From contig JBHGNT010000007.1 in NCBI GenBank assembly GCA_043228905.1, positions 20,956,001-21,020,000 on the forward strand: a stretch of DNA of 64,000 nucleotides, read 5' to 3'. This stretch comes from Azolla caroliniana (Eukaryota; Plantae; Polypodiophyta). Below are positions 22,323 to 33,910 of this stretch, piece after piece (within the stretch, counting starts at the first letter, position 1; every line of letters starts with the position of its first letter). The position numbers and the translations under genes were made by a program. Under the pieces are notes generated by a model. That model was not told the origin of the DNA and searched no databases. It saw nothing but the letters and a program-made list of their open reading frames with translations.

Positions 22323-25300
22323 CACGTATGGGTCAAAGTATAAATGATAACTCATTTTATTAGTATGGATACAAGTACACCTCATATTTTTGTAAAACTT
22401 ACCAAATTAATATAAATCTTTAACTTAGTGTTTCCCATGTTGCACATTAGTGACATATTGAGCCATTGTTGAACTTTATTATGCCTACATTAACTTATCA
22501 ACACGTCCAAACTTGCATGATTTCTAATGATCTCCACTCGCAGACCTATCATGTATTTTTATATTTGCAAATTCTAATCAAGTTGTGGAACATGTGATAC
22601 TAGTGCATCCAATTTTTGTAGAGAGGGTGTATTTGGATAGTTTCAAGAAGATTCTACAACTGGAATGCGCAATCCAATCCTTTCAAGAAGATTATATGAC
22701 AAAGGTGGACAAAGTGGGAAGCATGGCACATGCACAAGACATGAATGGTTATGCTCAAGAGGAGCACGAGGAGCCGTGACAACCGGCCATGGCCATGCAA
22801 ATAGTGAACGAAGACTATGGTGGATCGGATGGCGACAATGGTTTGGGTGGAAAGAATGGATATGTTCTAAATGGAGAGACAAAGTCGACATAGCGAGAGA
22901 AATGGAGGGTATTACGAATGAAGGAGAATAACGAGCTCCAACAACTTCGGCACATACTGGAGGATGTGCGGGTTTGGAGGGGGCGAGTGTCGTAGTGTAA
23001 TTCGCACACTATAGGAAAATTGCTTTTTGGTCCCTACGGATGGGTAAGGAGAACCGGATAAAGGAGGACCCGGTAAAGAGAACCGGATTGGTAAGGAGGA
23101 CCCGGTAAGGAGAACCGGATGAAGGAGGAACCGGCAAGGAGGACCAGTAAGGAGACCCGGTAAGGAATGCTACTTCAAGGGTGGAAGAACGTTTCGGAAT
23201 ACAAGTATTCGAAACATTGGATGAAAAAGGGGTAAGCATAATCGATGCTTGCATGATCGAGGGAGATAAAGAGTGCGAGGCGGACTTGAGTGAGGAGGTC
23301 GCCACGAAAGATGACATCGAATCGGAGGTGGCTATGGACGAATCAATGGCAGATGACCGTATGAAGACTTTCCCACCACTAGTTCTAGAGACTTCGGCGG
23401 TTGTGTCCGAGAAGCAACATGAGACCGAAGAGACGGGAGATGACGGTGAGGAAGGTAAAGTCGGAAGCCGGTTCGGATGGAAGATGATCCATCCGAAATC
23501 CTGATCTAAACGAAAGCACAATAACGCGGAGGTCGGGTCTGCGTCGGGAGAAGAGCGTAATAAGGAGGACGTGCTACGGCGCAAAACAGAGCATGCACTA
23601 CGACGGATAGCGAAGCATGCACTACGGCGTAATACGATACAAGCACTACGGCGAAAAACGACGCATACATTACAGCCACACGTGGACCTAAGAGCAAGCG
23701 CGTATTCGGAGGTCAACATCAACGTGTGGGTAGAGCCCATGGAAGGCAAGCAAGGAACCAAGGCGGGCACGCGAGGGGCAGAATCCGGCGTGGGATCAGA
23801 CTAACTAGGGGCCCAATTGCAGGACCTATGCAGTGGACAATGGAAAAGAGTGCCGGAGGTCGAACCGGTTGAGGCCGGCGAAAACAAGGAAAAGGAAAAA
23901 ATTATGTACAGAAACTGATCGGTCGAAACCGACCCGAAAGGGGGCCGAATCGGTAAAAACCAATCAACCGAGTCTGAATCGGACGAATACGAATCGGAAC
24001 GGAAGCCAATTCAACCGAAAGACGATTGGATGAGACCGATTCGGAAATAAGCTAATCCGACTCAACCGGAGGTCGAAAAGATCAAGCAGGTGCATTACAA
24101 TTGATGACAAGGACCAAGCGGGCCAAACAAATTTGAAGGGTGTTACCAAGGATGAGATCTCGACAAAGGAGGGCTATAACATAAAGATTGTCAACTCTAA
24201 CGCAAGATTATATGACAAAGGTGGACAAAGTGGGAAGCATGGCACATGCACAAGACATGAATGGTTATGCTCAAGAGGAGCACGAGGAGCCGTGACAACC
24301 GGCCATGGCCATGCAAATAGTGAACGAAGACTATGGTGGATCGGATGGTGACAATGGTTCGGGTGGAAAGAATGGATATGTTCTAAATGGAGATACAAAG
24401 TCGACATAGCGAGAGAAATGGAGGGTATTACGAATGAAGGAGAATAACGAGTTCCAACAACTTCGGCACGTACCGGAGGATGTACGGGTTTGGAGGGGGC
24501 GAGTGACGTAGTGTAATTCGCACACTACATGAAAATTGCTTTTTGGTCCCTCCGGATGGGTAAGGAGAACCGGATAAAGGAGGAACGGATGAAGGAGGAA
24601 CGGTAAGGAGACCCAGTAAGAACCGAACCAAGTAGAACAGGCAAGAGCCGGATAAAGAAGGCCGGTGAGAGTCTCTCACCGATAAAGAGACAAATTTGTA
24701 AATAGAAGAAAAGATTGTTGCATGCATAGGGCAAGATTCAAACCCTATACCTCCATGATAATAATGTAAAGCCTTACCATTACACTTACATATCATTAGT
24801 GTTAAAAAAGTAGACATCCCACATAGAAAGGTAAGTGCACACTAGGATAAACTTTAGTTAGAAAAAAACGCATGATAAAAGAAAAAACTTACACATGCAC
24901 ATCTAGCGTGCATGAACACTATAGTCGATAAAAGCGCATCAAGTCAGAAAAAGCATGATTACTTTTAAAAAAAAAAACATGTTAGATAAAGCATGGAGTC
25001 TATAGTTAGAGAAAAAGCATGGATTGTAAAGACTCTCTCATCTTTATATAAAGATGGGGAGCACAATGTAATAGAGGTTTGTGAAATATTTGGAAATTGG
25101 ATATATTTCTAAAAGACACCAATTAATAAAATATATTCGTGCGATTCACGAAATAAACTGTACTCGTGGGATTCACGAGATTTCTATATCCTTCTCTTTC
25201 TATCTAAATTCATATTATTATCTTAATATTGATTAATCGATTACAATACACTCATGGGATTCACGGGATTTCTATATCTCTTTCCTACAACCTATCTATT

Positions 25301-25398
25301 CATAATTAGACTCGTCTCATATTCTTCTTTCTCCTAGTCCAAAACCCTAGTGGTTCCCACCCGACTCACGCAACGATCCGGCGCCGAAAGGCACGACA

Positions 25399-26679
25399 AC
25401 GGTTTATGTCACTGCCACTACAAGATCAGGCGAACATACTGCATGGAATCAGGGGCGGATGGACAATGAGATCGGAAGTCATTAACGCTCTACTGATTAG
25501 GGAATCTGCTACTCAAAGGACGACAATGGAGAAATGGATAGGCCACGAGGAGGAGGGATCTCTGATCCCGAGAGGTAGGGGACCACCAGACAGACTCGAA
25601 GGCTCTGAATTGCGAGACAATGAGACACCAACACAGAATAACACAATTCAAGTACTCGTGTATACTGGTCATAAATGGATTGTAGATCCTGATCCTATCA
25701 AAGTACAACCCGATTGGCACATATGTATTCATGAAAACACATGGCTACGTAAGGTTAGTTGGGACCCTTTGCAATGAACATGGCGTGATCCCTATGCGGG
25801 GCAAGGAAGCAAACCCATCCCTTTCTTCCAATTCACAACTAGATTGGGTCTCCACATTCTAGCCGCTCAAACCGCCCGAGAGTCGGCTACTGCGAAGGTC
25901 TGGCACACATTTCAAGTTCCTCCCACAATAATCACCAAGTTTTGGCAGAAAATCTAGAAACAACAACACGCGAAGCAAATTACCACATTCCAATGGCTAT
26001 TAATACATAAGTCTGTACCGGTGGGAGCATGGCAACGTGGGAACCTTAGCTCTCCTAATTGTATAGAGTGCCCTCATGCAGTAGAATCAATACGACACAC
26101 TTTGTGGGATTGCCCAACGTCCCATCGAATATGGTGGGGGATTGGCTGCTTGCTGCAATTATGCCAAGTGCAAGGCTCAATCAAGTGGGGAAATATATGT
26201 CGGCTATCATGGCAGGCCGCAATCGGTAGATACGAGCATTAGGAGGAGGGGATGACTTTGGTGATACAAACACAATAAGTATTCCTCCTCCAACGGCAAT
26301 GTCCACTCCACTCCTCTTAATGACAAATCTCAAGAGGTACTGGAATTGGTCAGCCCAATGACTCTTTGGATTCTATGGAAACAACGATGTAGGCGAGTCT
26401 TCTCCAACCAAACCACACATCCAACAAGGTTACTACAAGAGATATGGAGTGAAATTGTAGCCACTTTGAAGAGCCAATATGATGGCCTTAAGGGCGGCTC
26501 CGAGGGAGTTGAAAGAAAACGAATAGCCTTCATCCAACAATGGTCGTCCTCTCCCTTTCTTGAGTCAGTGGGCATGTACATAAGATGGAACTATCGCGTC
26601 CCTACAGAGCTTTGTACATAATCGTCTCATTTGTAAAATTTTATAACTAATGGAAGGAGTTTTTTTTTGGAAAAAAAAA
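25399..26679 (+). mobile_element. Decayed L1-like LINE, 3' part (zf-RVT region, 3' UTR, poly-A)
   Basis: FQWLLIHKSVPVG, CIEC...ESIRHTLWDC and LWILWKQRCRRVF match the intact LINE ORF2. Ends ATAACTAATGGAAGG...GGAAAAAAAAA like the intact LINE. Confidence 0.9.
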
Positions 26680-27949
26680 GAAACGAATATCTGCATCACT
26701 ATCAATAATGTACTTTTTTTTCTTCTCTTTTAGAGCTTGTTGACATGGCAAATGAAACATCTGAGTTGGATTGTCGGCTAGCTTGACAACCATTTAAAAG
26801 ACATGCAAAGAAATTGGAGCGATGCTAGTGCTTCTTGCTCATATTAGTTGGTAAGAAAAATGAAATATATTATTGATTGGTGAGATCCTTAGTTTATTTA
26901 TGTTGTCTATATCCAAATGCATATATAGAGTTTGCTCTAGTGTGCATCATGCGCCTTTTGATGTATGAGTGGATGAAAACTAGACTCTTCTTCTCTTTAC
27001 TTGTCTTATCCATTGGCGTGAGCTCATTGCTTCTTTGAGGTGAGTCACTCAAGTGATCAAAGTTATACAACGGTGATAGAAAAATGCGACAACAAAGTTC
27101 TTTCTTTTATGTTATATTTGCCATTTTGTATTATGACTATGATGATAGACTCCTATTTCTCATACCAAAAATTTGTTATCTGTGCATTGTACTACTTTTA
27201 TAGTCTCATAGACTACGGATACGATGCCACAAGTGCACATAAAATGCTCATGCCTTCATTGAGACAAGACACAATAGTGATACAAGGGAGGCATAGTTGA
27301 GATCACAATGAGTCCTTTCCATTATGTTTTATTTGCCATTTTGTATAATGACCATGGTGATTAAGAGTTCTACTCTTATGAAAATTTTGTATTGTGTATT
27401 TTGTAGTCAACCTATTTCCAACCCATTTGATCAAATATTTGGGTTTTCATAGTTCTCTTGTGCAAAATCTTTTTGCATGTTTCTGCTATGCTTGAGAAGG
27501 TAGTTAGGTGCATGGATATGCCCTCTTCTTTCATTTTTTTAGTGATAAGACAGATATTGTGACATGCAAAAAACATAATGTGATAAGGTTCGAGGATGGT
27601 GGTATAATGTGGTTTGATCCTCAAGAAATTGTGAAGAAATGCATAGAGTACTATACACAATTGTTAGATGTACAAGTGTATTAATAATAATGTTAAAAAT
27701 GATAAGAATGTTTCTTTGAAAGGGGTGAATAATGAAATTAAGGAAAACCTTAAAAATCCTTCTAAAGAGAAGAATAGGGTGACTCTCAATCAGCTCAAAG
27801 TCGAGGATGAATTCATATATCAAGATAATGTTTTAAGTCTTTGAAGGACTTGTCGAACCCATGTACAATAAAAGTGCCATTACAACCCATTCTTTGGCCA
27901 TTTTATCATTAAAAAAAAATAGAATTGGTCTCTCGAGGATTTTGGTTGC

Positions 27950-28080
27950 CTGAACCATAGGTCATACTTGTACTTGATCCAAATAAACACATCATTGGTC
28001 AAACGGTCTACTCCAACTACTCCCCATTCCAAGACGGCCTTTGACATCTCTCTCCATGGATTTCATTGATGACTTACTAC
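27950..28080 (+). mobile_element. Small Gypsy integrase remnant
   Basis: Translates GLLQLLPIPRRPLTSLSMDFI, resembling the GLLQPLPIP...SMDFI integrase motif. Confidence 0.6.
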
Positions 28081-29599
28081 AAGGATTCTCACCCATTAGA
28101 GACCTTGTGGTGACAAATTGTGCACATTAAACTATGGGGAAGGTGGATATTGGATTCTACTTTCCTTATACTGCACTATAGTCAAGACTTGCCACAAATG
28201 AAACCTTCAACATCTATGCTTCTTTTAATTCAAGCTTGATCAATAGGATAGAATTGATCTTGAGCTTGAGCTTCTACTTAGATCAATTACACGAAGAAGA
28301 CTAAGGGGATGACGAGGACTTTGAAATAAAAAAGTCTCGCTTGAAATATTGGAGGTAGAGTGAGAAGAGCTCATTAAGGACATCAACAAAATTGAAAGGT
28401 AACTTGCATGTGGGTTTTCAATTTAATATTCTCGATTCTAATATGTGAATGTTTGCCTAAGAGTATTTCAATAAGATTCTAGATTTGATTCCCCTAAGAC
28501 TCTTTTTAACTAAAGATTGGAATGATATATTCTAATTTGCAAACTATCAACTAACTACAAGCTAGTTGTCATGAAGATTTACCATCAACTATACCACGTG
28601 CAAACCTAACTATGCCGCCAAAAGATGCGAGATCTCCTTCAAGATGAGGTTCCACAAAGTACCTGTGCCAAAACCTATAGGAGTTCTTGGTGACTGCAAT
28701 CGTTCTTGTGTTGATGATTTTACTTGACTCACCATCCTCTTTGGTGTCTAGAATGACAACCGAGAAACATTGAGTTATAACTCGTCGAGGCATTACTCAA
28801 GGTCATTTGTGTTCCCATGTTTATAAGAGGACCATGTGTGTTTGAATGTCGTCCTATGTATACCGCAACACCATCCAAAAATTTGTGCAAAGAATAACCG
28901 TGATGAGATTCTTGGTGGTATTTCTTGAAACATAGGATCCATATGTATTTGTATGTTAATTTTTGTGTGTATGTGTATGCATATGTGCATGTGATTGTTC
29001 ATTTGTGTATGTGTATGTGACCCATATAGATCGTCGAGCGCCACATATATGGTTGAATCATTATGGAATCCACTTCAAACAAGAGTCCATAGTGAAACAC
29101 ACACACACATTTACGTACGTAGAGAGGTTGGAAATCTCAGGGATTTGACCGACACGCTTTGAACAGTCATTGGGGATTTTTGAATCCTACTTTTGCTTGC
29201 TCCCACTCTCTGTTTCCTCTCCGTGTGTTTTTTCTTTGTGGTCTTCCTTGGCCTCCAATTTCTCTCCCTTGTGTGGAACAACCCTGATCGGATCTAGGGT
29301 TACAAGCGAGCACAAAATAACAAAGGATGCGACTTTCTCACGGGCACGCGAGTTGGTTAAAAAGTAGGTATTTTGGTGTTATTCTTTACCTTTTGGCGTA
29401 GCTATAGCCATATTTATATCAATATAGGTCATATTTTATTTTATTTCCATAAAAAAGTATCCTCCATTGGTATTAACATAAAGTGGCCAAAAACAATTAC
29501 AAACAAGTCCAGTATTACAAAGAAAAATGCAACATAATTAACTAGAAAACTATTGAACACTCGTGCAACTCTAACAGCCTCAACAACATTGGGCTCAAG

Positions 29600-29980
29600 A
29601 TTTTGGCCTAATGAAGACCACCCATATAAAACAAATAGCTTCACCTACAGAAAACAACACCTCCTCCACCATAGTCCTACTCAATGCAAATATCGCGTTC
29701 AACGCTGCTTCCAAAAGTATCTTTTAAGGGCCACCATGGCAGATATGCCCAGAAAATGTTGTTTCTACACTTGTATATTGTTCATCACCATCAGAAAATA
29801 GAGGTAAAAAGCCTCGTAGACCAATATGACCAACTGCTTCCACTACAGTTCCTGATAGGAGAGGATTTCATGTTATCTCACGTGCACTTGTCTCAACCAG
29901 CTTACTCTCCCAACCTACACATTTCTGCAAATTTCTTTGGTGATTGAGCAACAACAACCAGAAGTCCATTTGATGCCTTA
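29600..29980 (-). pseudogene. ECM29: Fragment of a proteasome adaptor ECM29-like gene
   Basis: Minus strand gives EAVGHIGLRGFLP...GHIC...LLEAALNAIFALSRTMVEEVLFSVGEAICFIW, resembling plant ECM29 (ALGHIG...GHIC...IFSLCRSKVEDILFAAGEALSFLWGG). Contains stops and frameshifts. Confidence 0.65.
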
Positions 29981-32469
29981 ACATGTAAATATATAGGTCA
30001 TATTTGTATGTATGTTGTTATGTATATCCACTTTCACACGGCCCTGCAAGTAAAATATTATCGAAATCATTTATGGTTAAGGTTTAGGGAGATGGCAAAC
30101 CATCTAATCTAGTTATGCCGGATTGACCTCATATTCTAGTACTAGTGCATAAGGTAATAATTATTGAGAATACAAAAAATCCAGATAGTTTCTATTGGAA
30201 TAATAATGAACAGATGATGATAAATGTAGAGTGTGAGAATCTTCATTGACAACTTTTTAAACTTGATCTTGCATTTCTTTGGTGAAACAACCCATTTCCA
30301 TTGTGTACTACAACCATCCTGGCAATAATGATGGCATGAACTTATCTGCCCCTCAAACCTTGAGGTCAAAAGAGATTTCAAAGAGTAATGTGGATAACAT
30401 GGTTGGTAGCAATGCAATTTTGTACAGCCTTAGAGGGCACCCTGATTATGTGGTAGTTATCATGGTATTGTGGATATGATAATATAAAGATCATCATGGA
30501 GTTTTAGGCAAATTTTATTACATTGTTTTAAAAATGCATTATATTTTCTCAGAAGTATGTACCTTATGTTGCAAACAACAAGAGAGCCATGGATGAATAC
30601 ACATACGAAATCTTCATGGGGGAGAAATTTTGATTTGGCTGAAAATGGTCATTTACATTAAGATCTCAAGTTTGGAATTTTGTGGCTTTGGTTTCGGGAA
30701 AAAAGGCAAAGATTTGAGGCTTGAGCTCTAGTAATTTATTTACGGTGAAGCTATGGATTGCTTATTTCCATGCAACTTGTACATGCATGTAAATCTAACA
30801 TGAGGTCTTGGGTACCAATGGGTTAAAGATATGTTGTTTTCTTCTGTCATCATGCCTTCCATTACAAATGAAATTTGCAGATAATTGCTCACTAATTAAT
30901 CATTTGTAATGCTTCCTTCACTTATCATTTTGTGTCATTTTAATCTATCTATTTATAGAATAATGGTATTGCCACCAATCAAGGCAAACACTATTTTGCT
31001 TTCGAAAATTGTGTTTTATAAATTAGCCTCCTTCATCGTGGTAAAAGTTTGCAAGGATCACAACTTGTCAGTAGTATATAAACTAGCCTCCTTCATTGTG
31101 ATTCACAAAGTCTAGCTATATATTCAATAACTTTTATGAACTTTGAAGGCAAACCTACTTTGTAGTACTGCATCTTGTCAGTATGCATAGGGTACTTAGT
31201 AGTATGTTGCGTAGCTATGGATATTTTTATAGTTAAAATTTTATTGTGAATGCAACAATTATATCATGAAGGAATCATCGATAAGACATATGGTTGTACA
31301 ATCATTGTAACACATACCATGGTACATATGAAGGCAATATGCATTTTATATGTAGTTAGAAGAGTAAGTTATTATACATTTTATACGCAATTAGATATCA
31401 AAGAGTAAGTTGTGAACATTTTATGCGTAGTTAGAAGCTCATGAGATATGATTTGTTTCAAATGTTATATTCTAAAATGTTGAAACATAGATATAATAAG
31501 CACTACTTCTCATGAAAAAATACAAGGAAACATAATTGGAGACGCATTGTGAATTTTCCCGATGCTATTGTATGTATATATATACAAGAAAAGAGAAGGG
31601 TGAAAGGATGGGAATGGAAACAATTAGTTGTGTCCTTGACATAACTAATTAGCTATGCAAAAAGCTAAAAGTGATTTAGTTGTTTTGCAATTATAGGGAT
31701 TATGAAAACGTGATCTCAAATAAAGATATTTAATTAAATGTGTGCCATAAATGAAAATATTAGAATGGTTTAATTATATACCAAATTCCTATGTAGATTC
31801 AATGCTCCATTATGGATGATCCATTGCTACATCACACTGGAAACATGTTGGATACGATTCATGCTTTCATTCCTCTCCAACCTTCCTTGCAACCGACCTG
31901 CAAGAACTTGTGCTACAAACGCTCTATCGTTATTCACTCCATTGTTATTGTTTGCTCACATATCCTTAGCTACCAATCTAGGGTCAATTGCTAATTAGTT
32001 TGCTCCACAATTGCCATTGTCACTACTCGTTCCTCCAGTGTTGCCACTTTTCACTCAGTTTCCGCCATTGTTCGCTCCTCCATTGCTACATTGTTCCCCA
32101 CTGATAAGCCTACATCTAGGGGTATTGTTGTTAGCCACTTGTTATTTCTAAAACCGCCACTTTTCGACCACTTGTCGCCACTATCCGCTCCTCTATTGCT
32201 ACCCACGACATCTACATCTAAGATCATGTTGTTGCCGATAGTCATCACCACCACCACATGCACACTTTGCCATGGCTGTTCTTGATGGCGGTTGCAATCA
32301 TTGACTTCTCATTAGTGTTCACTACATCGCTACAAATGCTCCCTTACCGCCATTGTTCGCTCTGGCAACCGGTTGGATCGCTCCTTACAATTACCCTCTT
32401 GCATGTGGTATAGTCATTTATGTCTCACTTTCGGACTATCGGAGAGGAACTCTCTTTCGACTAACAAAG

Positions 32470-32668
32470 AGAAATATCTCAATGGAAAGATTCCCTATGC
32501 ATCCGTAGTAGGAAGTATCATGTGCGCAATGGTGGGGACCCAACCTGATTTTATATATGCCGTAGGGGTTGTCAGCAAGTACATGTCAAACCTAGGATAG
32601 AAGTACTAGGAGGCTGTCAAGTACATCTTCAAGTATCTGAGAGGAACCGACGATGTACAATTGACTCT
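32470..32668 (+). mobile_element. Copia RT C-terminal fragment
   Basis: IPYASVVGSIMCAMVGTQPD..YAVGVVSKYMSNLG...EAVKYIFKYLRGT. Confidence 0.85.
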
Positions 32669-33910
32669 CACGCAACAACACCGACAAACGCAAAAGCACT
32701 CAGCCGGTTTCTGGGACAAATACGATGGCATAGTCGGATGATACGTTATTTGGCGGACTTCGCCACGCCATTACATGCCGCCATTCATCGTACTCCTTTC
32801 AAATGGACAACAATGGAAGAGAAGTCGTATGATGCGCTAAAGATAATGCTAATGCAGGCACTCATCATACAGCCACCAGTTTGGGCAAAACCATTCCACA
32901 TGTTCGTGGACGCCTCGGACATAGCAATAGGTACTGCGCTAATGCAGCTCACGGAGCCGAATTGGTACTGACTAGTGTACTACGCTAGTTGGAAACTATC
33001 AACGGCTGAGCGTAACTATTCCACAACGGAACGTGAAGTGTTGGGTATGATAAACAACATCAATAAGTTCCGGCATTATCTGCTAGGGCGGAAATTCACG
33101 TTTCACGTGGATCATTCGGCATTGCTATATTTGGTAGGGAAACAAGCGCTGACGGGGAAATTGGCTAGATGGATGCTACTGCTCCAAGAATTCGACTTTG
33201 TAATTCAGCATCGACCGGGTACGCAACACATGGTGGCAGATTTCTTGAGCAGACTAGATATTGGAGAAACGGCGCAAAAGGATGACGACGACTTTCTGGA
33301 TGCGGACATTCTGCGTGTAGCAACTCTAGCAGAATGAACGGAAAAGACTTTTCGGGATTGGTAGCTGATGGAAATGACCTACTTCCTGACCACGGGTTAC
33401 TGTCACCCCAATTACGGACGGACGAGAAAAAACGGCTGGCCGTACAGACTCGAAATTTCTGTTTAGTAGAAGACACCCTATACCACAAAGGCAGTGATGG
33501 CATCTAGAGCCGCAGAATACGGCAGGATGAGAAGGTTGCGGTTCTACGCGAAGCCCACTGTGGTATGGCAGGAGGACATTACGCGGGCAATGTTATGACC
33601 CGAAAAATCTGGCAAGCGGGACTTTGGTGGCCGACTACGCAAAAGGATGCGCATGAATATTGTAGACAGTGTGATTTATGTCAACGACTAGGCTAGCCCA
33701 CATAAGTCACAAGAATGCCACACACACCAGTGTTGCCACTGGATCCTTTCCAAAAGTGGGGACTACATTTTGTGGGACCCTTTACCCCAGTGGATGCTCG
33801 AACAGGCAATAAGTATATCTTGGTGGCCACGAATTACTGTACCAAGTGGGTAAATGCGAAACCAGTACGCGAGAATACCGCGGCAGTCACGGCGAAATTC
33901 CTTTATGAAC

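Larger units (their letters stand above)
12509..25398 (+). mobile_element. LTR-bounded composite insertion in the LINE: truncated 5' LTR 12509-12992, full 3' LTR ~24504-25398, extra PPT + partial LTR at ~22975-23165
   Basis: TGTCGT...CACGACA termini with 4-bp TSD ACGG. Removing the unit rejoins the LINE frame (CWRR-FMSLP). 12509-12992 is repeated at ~24504-24961. PPT GGAGGGGGCGAG precedes both downstream LTR starts. No gag/pol recognised. Confidence 0.85.

Noticed and set aside
23009-23804. Protein-coding gene from the 253-aa minus ORF or the plus-strand ORFs
   Set aside because: Low-complexity and repeat-derived, with no recognisable motif, inside the LTR unit.
12509-25398. DIRS/Ngaro element with split direct repeats carrying a methyltransferase
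   Set aside because: No tyrosine recombinase or RT is visible; TG...CA ends, PPTs and a TSD indicate an ordinary LTR element.
26700-29500. Host gene exons in the AT-rich interval (e.g. ORF 28569-28793)
   Set aside because: No recognisable similarity or consistent splice structure apart from the small integrase remnant.
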